From: the human T2T-CHM13v2.0 reference genome, Homo sapiens
Assembly (NCBI RefSeq): GCF_009914755.1
Contig: NC_060944.1
Reading direction: 5' to 3' (one strand)
Length of the DNA stretch: 64,000 bases
Numbering within the stretch: position 1 is the stretch's first letter; every line of letters begins with the position of its first letter. The notes under the pieces are model-generated. The model ran no database searches, was not told the DNA's origin, and saw nothing but the letters and a program-made list of their open reading frames with translations. Positions 39,059-64,000 of this stretch are shown here, in pieces. The translations under genes were made by a program, and so were the position numbers.

Positions 39059-39581
39059 GAACTCAATAATATAGTGTAGGGCACTCCGCCATGTCTGGAG
39101 ACATTTTGATTGTCACAACTGCGGGGGGAGGGGAGGTGCTACTGGCATCCAGCAGGGAGAGGCCAGGGATGCTGATAAACATCCTACAATGTCCAGGACA
39201 GCCCCCATCGCAAAGAATCATCTGGACCCCCAACGTCAATTGTGTCGAGGTTGAGATATTCTGCTTTTATCAATGACAGTTTCAATGTAGGCCAGAAAGA
39301 AAAAAGAAATTCTGAGGGTTTTATGAAAGCATACATACTGCCGGGGGGCTTGCTTTGTCTGGGGAAGGCCTCTTGGAGAAAAGGACCTTTGAGCTGAGAC
39401 GTGAAGAATGCGAGCGAATTAGCCAAGCCAAAAAAAGGAAAAGGAGGTAGCAGATGTTGGGATTTTAGAGGGCCAATGCTTCGCATCCTTTTCTTTCATA
39501 CTGAGGTTCAGAACCAAGTGAGAAAGAGATGCTTGAGTTAGGAAGACGATGAAAATTCCACCTTTATGAGTAAGAAAGCTA

Positions 39582-40003
39582 TTAGGTTGGTGCAAAAGTA
39601 ATTGTGGTTTTGTCATTAAAAGTAATGGCAAAAACACGGGCCAGGTGCGGTAGCTCATGCCTGTAATCCCAGCACTTTGGGAGGCGAAGGCGGGTGGATC
39701 ACTTGAGGCCAGGAGTTCAAGACCAGCCTAGCCAACATGGTGAAACCCTGTCTCTACTAAAAATACAAAAATTAGTTGGGGTGTGGTGGTAGGTGCCTAC
39801 AATCCCAGATTCTCTGGAGGCTGAAGCAGGAGAATCTCTTCAACCCAGGAGGCGGAGGTTGCAGTGAGCTGAGATGGCGCCACTGCACTCCAGCCTAGGC
39901 GACAGAGTGAGACTCTGTGTCAAAAACAAACACACAAACAAAACAAAACATAACAAAAAAACAAGTAATGGAAAGAACCACGATTACTTTTGCACCAACC
40001 TAA
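39582..40003. mobile_element. MADE1 mariner MITE split by an AluS (+) 39639-39962
   Basis: TIRs TTAGGTTGGTGCAAAAGTAAT and ATTACTTTTGCACCAACCTAA, TA target sites, duplicated AAGTAATGG(C/A)AA(A/G)AAC around the Alu. Confidence 0.9.
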
Positions 40004-40342
40004 TATTTGGGGACTATGTTTAGGTATGGCCAGTCTTGCTAACATGCTGTCCCACCCTTTCCCACACACATACTGTCCCAGTCTGCAGGTCCACCAGAGG
40101 GACAGAGCCGCCCTGCTGCTCAGCAGACAACCCCCCACCCCCAGGCCAATCTTAAAAAGAGGCAAGAGGCAAGGCAGAGCACATATGCCCAGTTCCTTCT
40201 CTCAAACTCTCCAGCTGGCCACATCAGTCATCCTTCCTGGATGGGCGTGGGAAGGTGGAGCAAGACAGAGAGACACCAGGACTTACTCTGGGGCAGCACT
40301 CTCCACTCCACCTCAGCTGCAGAGTAAAATGGCTTGGGGCAC

Positions 40343-41351
<1,009 letters not shown>

Positions 41352-41955
41352 ATGATTCCAGATGAGCCCAGTGTGCAGCCACATTGGAGTTGACTGCTGT
41401 TTTAATGGAAGTGCCTCTCCAAGGAAACAGAAAGAATGGGAAATAGGTGTCCTTCCACAATCTCCCTTCCAGCATTGGTTCTCTTGACCCATTAGGTATA
41501 ACTATTAGGCCTTTGGACACCCAAGGGTGGGTTGCCTCCATGGGGCGATAGTGGTCTCTGAAGCCATTCCTGGCTTTGCCTTCTTGAACTCCAATACCAG
41601 CCAGTGCTCCTTGTGGAAACTCCTAGACAGAGTGGCCCAGCAGTGGGCTTGGAAAGGCATGCTCATTAAATCAACCCAAAGGCTACTCTTCACTGACAAT
41701 TAATTCCCTATTTCTTTCCCATCTCAAATTATGTGCAGCTTTGTTGTCCAGTGTGGCTCATCAGAGGTTTGGTAATGAGATTAAATATACTCTCATAATA
41801 AAAGCCAACAGTATATTTCATATTTGAATATAAAGTCTTCATTATATTCCCTGGGACAAATTAATATCCAAAGATTCCTTGTAACCAAAGGCACAATTGA
41901 AGTCCAAAGGAATTAAAGGCTGAACTCAAATACTCTTGCCCACCTCCCCCCCGCC

Positions 41956-46182
<4,227 letters not shown>

Positions 46183-46195
46183 TGACCCGCGGGGC

Positions 46196-46460
46196 CATAC
46201 AATCCCCAATCCCACTGCCTGCACACTGCACCCTGCCCGTTACAATCCCCCATCCCACCGCCTGCACACTGCACCCTGCCCATTACAATCCCCGATCCCA
46301 CCGCCTGCACACTGCACCCTGCCCATTACAATCCCCGATCGCACCGCCTGCTCACTGCACCCTGCCCATTCCCATTACAATCCCCGATCCCACCGCCTGC
46401 ACACTACACTCTGCCCTTTACAATCCCCCATCACACCACTTGCACTCTGCACCCTGCCCA
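46196..46460. repeat. Minisatellite/VNTR, ~6 copies of a 43-bp unit (CATTACAATCCCCGATCCCACCGCCTGCACACTGCACCCTGCC)
   Basis: Unit starts at ~46196, 46238, 46281, 46324, 46373, 46416; head-to-tail, no spacers. Confidence 0.92.
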
Positions 46461-46999
46461 TGTTTTCACTTTCCTCTATTCCAGCTGAGATTTCATCACC
46501 CACTGCTAGAATCCCTTCCTTGCTCATGCTGTGTCCTTGTTTCTCGGCAAAACCCCAAACTTGATGAAACCCAACTTCCCAGTCTATTCCTGCAAATGTG
46601 CAGCTCAGCACAGCAGGAGAAACAACATCAGTTGACTGTGTTGCTGTTCAGTCAAGCGGGCCTGTGGGCTGCCCCCCGGGAGCGCCTGCTTGAGAATGAA
46701 GCCAAGAGCAGGGCAGAGTGGAGCCCATCCTGGCAGCCACCCTTTCCCAGCTGGTCTAACTATGGGCCCAGGATGGGTTCTTACTGGGCACACTGTAGCG
46801 AGCAGGGCTGGGGTATTCTGATTGGCCAGGCCTCAGCCATAGGCCCATCCCTGGATCTGGACTGGGGGTTGGGTAAATGGGGTCAGCACCATCCAGTCCC
46901 ATGGCCTGCAAGTTGGGGAGAGGGGGTTCTTGTTTTAAAATGTAGGTTTTATTATTATTTAGAAATGAGGAGACCAACAGATCAGGAGACACCCTGTTA

Positions 47000-48065
<1,066 letters not shown>

Positions 48066-49244
48066 TAGTTCTCCACAATAAAATCCAGGCTTTACGTGCA
48101 GAAGTCAAGGCAGACTCTGCGCAGCTAGAAACAAAAGATGTCCCCTATAGAAATGCAATTCTAGAGGCTTCTGGCCCCAAGGGAGGACTCTGCTAACTTT
48201 GCCCGTATTTATCTTCACACTCCCAGAAGGACCATCTTTCTTTGTCCTGGGGATTTACGGCACCCACACACCTCCTGATTAGTCCCATCTTGGAACTTCT
48301 GACGATATGTCCAGGTCCCCTCTGGGCTTCTCTGCCCCAGGTCACTGGGTCTGAGGAGCCGCATCTGCTGCCACCCATTCATTCCTCATCACTGTCAGCA
48401 AAAGTGACAGTTGACAGGGATTGCAGTTCTCACTTCTGGCACCAGGCCCTCTTGTTTTTATTTAAAACTGTCCAGAAACTGTGCCTGCTGTCGCCAGGAG
48501 CGGGGGCTAATCTGAACAATGTGAGATGTTTGTCTTCAGGCGTTAACAGGACCGTTAGTCACCTTAGAGGGCCGGGCGCTGTACGACGTGAGAGACGTCC
48601 GTTCAAGGCAGCTGCCATTTAGACCGTTTCTGCCGAGAGGAGACTGTCAGGCTTTGAGACACTCTGGGCTGTTTAAGGGACTTTGCCCTTTTTGTTCTCA
48701 ACTCCTTATTGATTGGGATCCTTCCCAAAGGAGCTGGGCATTCATTAGAAGCTGCAGAGTAGAAGACACCTCCTTTCTGGTTTTCTGGTTTAATGGCACC
48801 AGAAGTGGGAACTGATTAATCAAGGAGGTTTTGTGCTTGGTCCCGGACTGTGTGCAGGGAGGGAGGGCTCCCTGCGCTACCTTCCTCCAGCAATGCTCTG
48901 GTCCTTGGGGCACATTCTTTTCTCTTCTCTAGCAGCTTGTTTTTATCTCTTCTTTCGTTCCAGCATGAGTTTCTGCACACCCATTTAACATTTTTCCCTT
49001 TCTGCTCTAGACTGCTTGAGTGGTTTCCCCTGGTGCTGGGCTGATGTTTGGGTTTCTGTGAATAATAATTTTGGGATCATCTTGATCTTTTCGAGTCCAC
49101 AGAATTTTGGTTTGATACACTAAACTTCCCCTGAGCCCACCTTGCCAAACCCGCTCTTCCTACGGCCATCCCCTGCTCCAAAAGTGGAGCCTCCATCCTC
49201 TCAGGTGCTGAGGCCACAAATCTTGGAATTGTTCTTGACCCCTC

Positions 49245-49651
49245 TCTTTTTCTTTTTTCTTTTCTTTTCCTTCCTTCCTTTCTTCCTCCTCCTCCTCTTC
49301 TTATTCTTCCTCTTCCTCTTCTTCCTCTTCCTCTTCTTCTTCTTCCTCTTCCTCTTCTTCTTCTTCTTCCTCTTCACTCTTGCTCTGTTGCCCAGGCTGG
49401 TGTGCAGTAGCGTGATCTTGGCTTGCTGCAACCTCTGTCTCACAGGTTCAAGCAATTCTCCTGCCTCAGTCTCCCAAGTAGCTGGGATTACAGGCACCCA
49501 CCACCATGCCCGGCTAATTTTTTATATTTTTGGTAGAGACAGGGTTTCACCATGTTGGCCAGGCTGGTCTTGAACTCCTGACCTCAGGTGATCCACCCGC
49601 CTCGGCCTCCCAAAGTGCTGGGATTACAGGCATGAGCCACTGCTCCTGGCC
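49245..49651 (-). repeat. (CTT/CCT)n polypyrimidine tract (49245-49375) forming the tail of an antisense Alu
   Basis: Nearly pure pyrimidine run leading into reverse-complement Alu. Confidence 0.9.
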
Positions 49652-49962
49652 CCTCTCTTTTTCTTATTCCCACATTCCGTTTGCCATCAACACCCTATGG
49701 GCTGTACCTTCAAAACATGCAGAATCTTCCTGCTTCTCATCACTCACCTGGTCCACATACCATCACCTCTCAGCTGAACTGTTAAAGTCACCTCCTCTCT
49801 GGTCTCTTGTTCCCAGAGGGAACGTGTTAACACCTCAGGGGTATCTTTTTACGCCTGTGCTGAAAATGCCCCCCTTCTGGTCTGCTGCAATGGCTCATGC
49901 CTGTGACTCCCGCTTGAGGCCAGGAGTTTGAGATCAGCCTGTGCAACATAGCGAGACCCCAT

Positions 49963-49966
<4 letters not shown>

Positions 49967-50009
<43 letters not shown>
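49967..50009. repeat. (CA)n microsatellite within the linker of an AluJ (+) 49878-50170
   Basis: Perfect dinucleotide run replacing the Alu A-rich linker. Confidence 0.95.
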
Positions 50010-50011
<2 letters not shown>

Positions 50012-51249
50012 ATTACCTAGGCATGGTGGTGCATGCCTGTGGCCTCAGCTGCTCAGGGGGCTGATGCCAGAGGATTGCTTGAGCCTGGGAGTTGGAGGCT
50101 GCAGTAATCTCTGAGAATGTCACTGCACTCTGCCTGAAAACAGAGCAAGACCTTGTCTCTAGAAAAAAGTCAAACAGAAAACCACCCTACGCTGGCTCTC
50201 ATCTCACTCAGGGTAAAAGTCACATTGCCCAGAGGACTCCGATCTGCCCTCTTCCTCTCCAGCCTCACCACCCTGCTTGCCCTGCCCCCACCACCTTATG
50301 TCTGTGCCTCCAACACATCAGGCATGGTCCTCCGGGCCTTTGCATGGGCTGTTCCTTCCACTTTGCCCAAATGTCGCTTTCTCAGGGAGGCCTTCCTTCA
50401 TTACTTAACTTAAATCATGTATTCATTTATTTTATTTTTTATTATTATTAAATTTGAGATGGGGCTCACTGTGTTGGCCAAGTTGGTCTTGAACTCCTGG
50501 CCTCAAGCAGTCCTCTGGCCTCGGCCTCCCAAAGTGCTAGGATTACAGGCACGAGCCACTGTGCCAGGTCAACTTAAATAATTTAAAATTAAGACATGCC
50601 AATTACAATCGCATCTCCTCTTGGGCTTCCCCGCTTTGTTTCTCTCCATGGCTCCGTCACCATCTGACGTAGTACATGCTTTCCTTGTTTATTTGTGGAA
50701 TGATTGATTGAATCACTCTGGCAACCATCTTATAGTCTGAATAAGGTTTGGAATATTCGATGACTCTTTAAAAAAAACCCCTGTGTGATGTGTCTGAGTT
50801 TTTGAGTATGCCTAGAAGCACATCTAGAATAGGCCCCTCCTTTGTCTCCAGCTCTCGGAGGCAGTAAAAATTCATTTGCCAATTTAGTGGCTAAAGGAAT
50901 GAGTAACCCGTTCCTCTTCCCTGTGAGTGAAACGTTCCACTTATATTGTGTCTACACATTCTTTGCAAATGTCAGTTGGAATGAATGAATCATGGGCTGA
51001 GGGATTGCACCATATGCAGCTGACCCGATGACTGAATCTCGCCTGTATGATGTCACCAGAGTCAGTGATGTGGGAGGGTTCGTAGGCCAGTGGTGACCCC
51101 CTCAAATGGGAAAAGTTACTTCATTGGGAGGTGACCTACCCTACTCAGAGGCCATGCTGAACTTGGGCTGTGTGGCACCGGTCAAGGGTGTAACCTTCGG
51201 AGACACTTCTGTCTGTCCTTAAGTCACTTCACTTCTCTGAGTTCCCTTG

Positions 51250-51790
51250 TGTGCAAAGTGAGGCTAGTGTTCATCTCTTCAACACACATTTGTGGAACAA
51301 TGTGGGCTGGAGATGTGGAGTGAGCCGGGCAGGTGTGACACCTGTTTCCTTGGAGCTCACAGCTGGTGGGAGAAATAGACGAGACTTCGGGAAAGACAGA
51401 CAACAATTGCACTGTTGGGACCGGCTTGAAGGAAATGAGAAAGGACAGTGGCACAGGGAGGTGGGGACTGGCACCAACAGGACCCTCGAGGGAGACGGGA
51501 CCTGGCGCAGACATGCGGGTGGGAGTGAGCCCTCTGGGGTCTGGGTGGAGGCAGCCCAGGCAGGTGGAGGCACCGGCAAAGGCAAATGCTCCGAAGTGGG
51601 ACAGAGCTCTGTGCGTTTGAGGAAGAGGCAGGGCCAGTGTGGCTGGAGTCCGGAAAGGAGAGAGAGGGGACAGGCTAAAGTCAGGGTTAGAGGACGCAGG
51701 GCCAGGCCACTGTGAGAAGTGTGGGCTGTGTTCTGCGGACTTCCTGAGGACTGGGCGGCGCGGTGTGTGAAGCCCAGGGGTCCAGCCAAG
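51250..51790 (-). mobile_element. L2 fragment
   Basis: Resembles the L2 3' region (ttcaacacacatttgtgga...ccttggagctcacagctggtggga). Confidence 0.55.
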
Positions 51791-52238
51791 GACACTCCTT
51801 CCTTCCGTTGGGACTGGGCCAGCAGGGCTCAACAGGACACCCCTGCCAGAGCAGGAGGGCCTCCTCGGTGGGCCCTGTGGCTTCCTCAATCCTGCAGACG
51901 TTCCTGGGAGAAAACCAGCTTGTGGCAGGGCTGTGCAGGGCTGGGAAACCGGAGAGGGATTTCAGGGTGGGCACAGTGCGGGGCTGGCCAAGTTTGGGTC
52001 GCCTTCCAGCTTTGAGCACTTCCTTAACTATTGAACAGTGGCAGCGAGGTGGGTGGGCTCACCGGTGAGCTCCTTCAGCACGGCAGGGATGCATTTCTCA
52101 GGTCGGGCCATGTGGAGCATCCCATCTTCCCATGGGACCAACTCTTCTCCTAAGTCAGTCCCCGGAGGGAAGTGAGTGACAGCGCTGACCTCAGCAGTTT
52201 CAGAATGGGGGGATTGGCAGGACAGCTACTGTCCATTA

Positions 52239-52253
52239 CCAGGAGGGGGCGCC
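52239..52253 (+). promoter_or_regulatory. Candidate CTCF site CCAGGAGGGGGCGCC
   Basis: Close match to CTCF core consensus CCASYAGRKGGCRS in non-Alu sequence. Confidence 0.55.
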
Positions 52254-53529
52254 AGATCACTTTAAAACATTTGTCATTCTGTACACTTGTGCTTTAAAAA
52301 GGCACATTCTTTAAAACCATTTTTTTGTTGTTAAACAACTTTAGTCTGTTTTGTTTTATAGCATAATGGCTATGAAGTCTTAGATTTTCTGTACTGGTTT
52401 AGTTTTTCCCTTAATGGACATTAAAATAAATACATCCCAACCACCGCAACCATAGCAATTGTTGTGAACTGCGAGCCAGTTCTAACAGCTGCATAAATAT
52501 TAACTCATTTAATTCACAAGATCAGCTTATGAGGTGAGTACTATTATTATCCCTGCTTTACAGATGAAGAAACTGAGGCAGAGGTTACTGGGCTTGGCCT
52601 CGGTCCCTGCTGTGGCAGGTGTCAGAGGTGGGATTGGAACCCAGGCTCTAGAATCAGGGTTCAGCTCTGTTGCCTCTCTAAGGATTGAGGAGCAGAGGGG
52701 CTTGTGGTTCCCAGGTGTGTGCAGCCAGCCTTTTCTAAGCTCAGCTGTATGCACCTGGCATCTCTTAGATGCTGTCATGTCTAGAGCCTGGAGCTGGGGC
52801 TGGGATTGGGGCAAGGGGCCAGGGATTCTTAGATAAGTAAGACCTGGTAGCCCTCTCTCTGCCGAGGGGCACCGGGTCTGGGGGAAGAAGGTGGATCTCT
52901 ATCCAGCAGTGTACAGACAGCAGGGAGGTGGGAATTGGAACCAGTCCTTGCTCAGGGCTCTGAATGTGCCAGCAACTTTCAGACAGAGACCCCCCCACCC
53001 ATCCCCACCCCAGTGTTGCCCCAGCCAGTGACCAGGATGAGCAAGAGCCCCACCCTGACTGTAACCATGGAGCCCCACCCAGCCCCGGAGGCGTCAGCTG
53101 CATCATTGCCGCTGCCCTGACAACTGTAAATACTGTCTTTAGTCACATGGGCACTCTGCCTTCAGACAGAAAGAACAACCTTCTTGTCAAATACTGAGGC
53201 AAATTTATCTTGGACCCGGGCCACAGTGTTGTGAGGTGGAATGAAAGCTGTCACTTTGTTCCCAGCTCAAATTGTGCTCAGAGCTAAACACCCCTCCTCT
53301 CTGGCCTCAGTTTTCCCATCTGTAAAATGAAGGGCTTGAATTGGAAGACCTGTAACTTCTCTCCCAGCTTTGATATTATTATTTTTTGAGTTATCCTCAC
53401 AAGGGATTCACTTCTCTTTTTCTCAGAGAGGAACCTGAATTATTGATGCTTTCTCGAAATTTGGCTGCCTCAGGCTTGGAGATTTCAGATGCCCCCATCC
53501 ATCAAAAGTAGACAGGATTATACATTCAT

Positions 53530-54569
<1,040 letters not shown>

Positions 54570-55473
54570 ACGCCTGGCTAATTTTTGTATTTTTAGTAGA
54601 GATGGGGTTTCACTATGTTGGCCAGGCTGGTCTTGAACTCCTGACCTCAGGTGATCCACTCTCGGCCTCTTAGAGTGCTGGGATTACAGGTGTGAGCCAC
54701 CGTGCCCGGCAAATACTCCCCGCCATGTTTTTTTTAAAGAGACAGCCTGTTGCTCAGGCTGGAGTGCAGTGGTCTGATCATAGCTCACTGCAGCCTCAAA
54801 CTCCTGGGCTTAAGTGATCTTCCTATGCCAGGCTCCAGTAGCTGGGATTATAGGTGTGCACATCAGGCTAACCTTTTTAAAAAAGTAGACAGGATCACAT
54901 TTTTTCTTATTAGAGGTCCAGCTATTTAGACAGTGCAACACAAAAGTTCAAGGCCGACAGGAAGAAGGCGTGTGTTGTGGAATCCACAGTGGGTGTCCAC
55001 AGGACAGCGCAGAGACTGGCAGTGCTCTGTCTACCTGGGAGGGAATTCTGAGCAGGGAGGACTCTGAACTTGACCTAGTATAACTTTTTTTAGAAAGCAA
55101 TTATGTAGTCACTTGATTCTTCATGTATTTCTTTTTTCTTCAACAAATGTAATGAGAGTCTACTAAATGTTGTGGCTTCAAGGATTACACTTCAGATTTA
55201 TTTAAACTTTCCAAGTTGAACTTTATTTTTTCTGTTTCTATTTTTTAGTTTTTTAAGATATACCAAGTTGAACTTTAAAGAAATGTTTGTACATGTTAAA
55301 AAAAAAATCCAAACAATATAAAAAGATAAGAAGTAAAAAGTATCTCAGTACCATAAGATAAGGTGAGAAACAAACAAACAAAAACTAAGTATCCCTTCTA
55401 TCCCAACTCCTAGACCACCAGCTTGCTTCCCCAGAGCAGCCATGGTTACTAGAGTCCTGTGTCTCCTTTCTAA

Positions 55474-59360
<3,887 letters not shown>

Positions 59361-60470
59361 GAGGTGGGCATTATCATTTGCATGCCCATTTTACAGAGGA
59401 GGAAACTGAGGCTCCGAAAGGTGATGCAGCTCTTTCTTAGCCACCTGCATTGCTGTCCTTTGAACATACATTGCTTAGGCTGCCATGTTGACAGCCTTTG
59501 GGCTCCAGCCCCGGCAGCCTCTATTTCCTGATAGCCTTCGATTCACACATGCGGGTTGCCAGTGTGGGCCCAGTGGCTTTACATTTGAGTTTCCGAACCA
59601 TCCCCCTCCCCCTGCACCGCCCCAGTTCCCTGAGACCTTTGGGGTCAATGTGGGGTGGGTGAGAAACGCCTGGCGGATTCAGAGGGTTCTGCTCTGTGGT
59701 TCTTGACCAGAATCTCTGGTATCAGGGCCCAGGCATTCATAAATTTTAAAAGCCCTCAGAAAATTCTAGCCTGAGCAGGGCTGAGAACCACTGGGGAGCT
59801 TAAGAAAGTCTTAGGGTAGCTGAGTTTGATGAGTCCTCTGATTGCATGCTATTCACTCACTGGATTGGCTGTGGGTCTTTGCAAGTGTGTACTGAGCAGG
59901 GCACAAGGTGGGCATCAGGAGAGTGGCGGTTGTGCAGAGTGGGGTTGCCAGCACAGTAGGGAGTCAGGAGGAGGCAGGGAAGAGCATTCCAGAGGAACCT
60001 CAGGATGTGCACAAGTCTGTCAGCAAGAGACCCTGGAAGGTTTAGACATGAACCACGATACCATCAGCAGCAGCTTCTCCGGATCGGGCCTCCCTGCCTC
60101 AGCATGCTCATGTGCTGATTGCAAACCCACTGTGTGCCCGGAGCTTCCAAGAGAGAAGGGAGAGGCAGAGAAGGAGGAGGCTGGGGAGGGGAGCTGGGAC
60201 CAAGCCACAGAGAACTCAAGGCCTCCCTACACCTCTTAGACTTTATGTTTTTTATTTTTATTTTTTTGAGACAGGGTCAGCCTGCAGTGCAGGGGTGTGA
60301 CCATGGCTCACTGCAACCTCGACCTCCTGAGATCAAGCCATCCTCCTACTTCAGCCTCTTGAGTAGCTGGGACCACAGATGTCACCACGCCCGACTAATT
60401 GTTTTTATTATTTGTAGAGAGGAGTTTTCATTATGTTGCCCAGGATGGTCTCAAACTCCTGGGCTCAAGC

Positions 60471-61636
<1,166 letters not shown>

Positions 61637-61893
61637 AAGCAATCCTCCCACCTCAGCCTCCCAAAGTGTTGGGATTACAGGTGTGAGCCACCACACCCAG
61701 CCGACTGTTAGGCCTTAGTCAGTCGGGGAGCCAGGGTCTTCTCACTGGGATTTTTAGGCACCAGGGCCCCAGAAGCTGGCAGAGGTGGTTGGGTCAGTAG
61801 CAGGGATGACCAATCATCCTGGTTTGCACAGGATGTTGAGTGCTAAAACTAAGAATGTCCTGGGAAAACCAGAATGGTTGGTCATCCTAGTAA

Positions 61894-62545
<652 letters not shown>

Positions 62546-63625
62546 TAATAAGCTTCCAGGTAGCATAGGTGTCGCTGGTCCATGGTCACAATTTGAGTAG
62601 CAAGAGTTGACAGCACCCTCAGGCTCATTGCAAACCAGCTACTTCCGGCCATAACTAGGAGAGAGAAGTTGTGACCACCCCAAAAGCACATCTGTATTTC
62701 CTAAGGCAAATACAAGCCAGCTTTCCCTCCACTGAACTGTCCAGGACTCAGGCTTGCAGTGAAAATCAGCTGCTGAATGTATTTTTGTTTAAAATCCACA
62801 CACATTCTCTCACACTAGTTATTTAAAAAAATTAAAAGAAAAATCCACACACACCACATGCAGACAGCACCCATCACAGGTGCTATTTAGTTTGTTTTTC
62901 AATTGCTTGGTCCCTCCTGCTTGGGTACCATGTGTTTGCATTTTGCATTTTTTGCTTCTCCTTTTATCTCACTTTCTTTTCACCTCGCAGCAACCTGGTC
63001 AATGTGCAAATGAAAGACAGTCCCAGGGAAGAGGAAAACTCTTGCTGTGCAACCAGCTGGAAAGAGATTGAAATAAAAACTCACTTCACTTCTCCCCACC
63101 CCATTCTCTCCTGAGCAAGTAGAGGCAGGTTTGTCGAAATTGCCGGAAGGGACAATGTTGGCATTTGAGCTTCTAGGAATGTTCTTTTGGAGAGCAGGAG
63201 CACTGCCTCCAGGCCTGCTCCCTCCCACTGCTGCTTAGGAAGGATGGCTCCAGGACTGGGCGGCTCAGCCATGGTGGAACTGGGTCAGCTGTGGCTTTGG
63301 CAAGTTTCTCATCCTATCTGGGCCGCCTCTGTGAAATAGGAATAATGATTGTACCTACAGAGCTGGATATTACCTGTTTGTTCCCCCGACCCATTCTCTA
63401 CCCTGAGAGACCGACTTTAGGGATTGCATCACTCAAGGGCCCTGCCTTCCGGCTTCGGCCCTGCCTTTGGCCTTCTGGTTCAGTTTGCAACGGGAGATAC
63501 CAGCAGCAGATGGGTGCTGGGAAATTTACTCCCTGTTCTCTCCCTGCTCTGGGCTGCAGCTGTGAGTTTCTCTCTGACTGCAGCTCCTGACCAGGCAGAT
63601 GCCTCAACAGTGCCAGGCTTGACGG

Positions 63626-63775
63626 TGTGTGTCAGCTATCAATTTATTGCCTCTCAGCTCCAAAGTCACCCTTCAATATCTGCTTTGCGTAATGGGCGGA
63701 GTTCCTTTTAAGCGTCATTCCTTTACAGTGAGTGCAGTGTTAAGTTTTCTCAGTAGAGGGCGCTAGAGGAACACC
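63626..63775 (+). mobile_element. LTR41-like fragment carrying CTCF-like motif TCAGTAGAGGGCGCT (63750-63764)
   Basis: ttattgcctctcagctccaaa...cacccttc and agagggcgctagagg resemble the recalled LTR41 5' end. Confidence 0.55.
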
Positions 63776-64000
63776 CCCTAGGTCTCTACTGTTTTCATCC
63801 CTCATCCGCTTTCAGACAATAGGCCAAGGCCTGGCCAATCAGAGCACTGCCTTCTCATAGCCTCACTGATTGGCTCAGGGATGGGCACACGGTCTAAACT
63901 GCTCCAATCACAGTGAGTCCCAGGACTTAGGTAGGAGCTACCCAAATGATACCTTGTGCTTTCCCATTGAACTTGAACTTGAGAAGATGAGAGGCTGGGT

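Noticed and set aside
46196-46460. Regular repeat array as CRISPR
   Set aside because: Units are head-to-tail with no unique spacers, no cas genes, eukaryotic context.
49142-49573. Hydrophobic Phe/Leu-rich and Lys/Arg-rich ORFs
   Set aside because: Translations of the (CTT)n tract plus Alu.
51224-52068. Cluster of overlapping 100-220 aa ORFs
   Set aside because: Lie in a GC-rich decayed L2-like fragment; no domain or splice structure.

Overview
Mammalian, almost certainly human, genomic DNA; I recognise it as the ADNP / ADNP-AS1 / DPM1 / MOCS3 locus (chr20q13). From 5' to 3' on the + strand: (1) a CpG island with the non-coding first exon and promoter of ADNP on the minus strand (donor at 1423/1424); (2) the complete 9-exon DPM1 gene on the minus strand (CDS 29126..5731; every GT-AG junction checked by hand; exons sum to 783 nt = 260 aa + stop); (3) a plausible spliced antisense lncRNA (ADNP-AS1) on the plus strand; (4) the intronless MOCS3 gene (29446..30828), head-to-head with DPM1 on a ~320-bp shared promoter; (5) ~30 kb of repeat-dense intergenic DNA (Alu, L1, L2, MIR, MaLR/ERV LTRs, DNA-transposon MITEs, a 43-bp VNTR). 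I found no convincing new protein-coding gene, CRISPR array or wholly new biological system; most short ORFs are Alu, low-complexity or CpG-island artefacts. The most unusual sequence-level observations are a short SVA2-like retro-insertion inside an Alu (54421-54569), a 46-bp locally templated insertion inside an AluJ (8363-8408, copy of 7022-7067), an in-frame Alu-derived cassette exon in DPM1 next to a TA-rich repeat, and a possible retroposed RNA 3' end inside a MER45A-like element. Repeat subfamily names come from recalled consensus sequences and were not computed.
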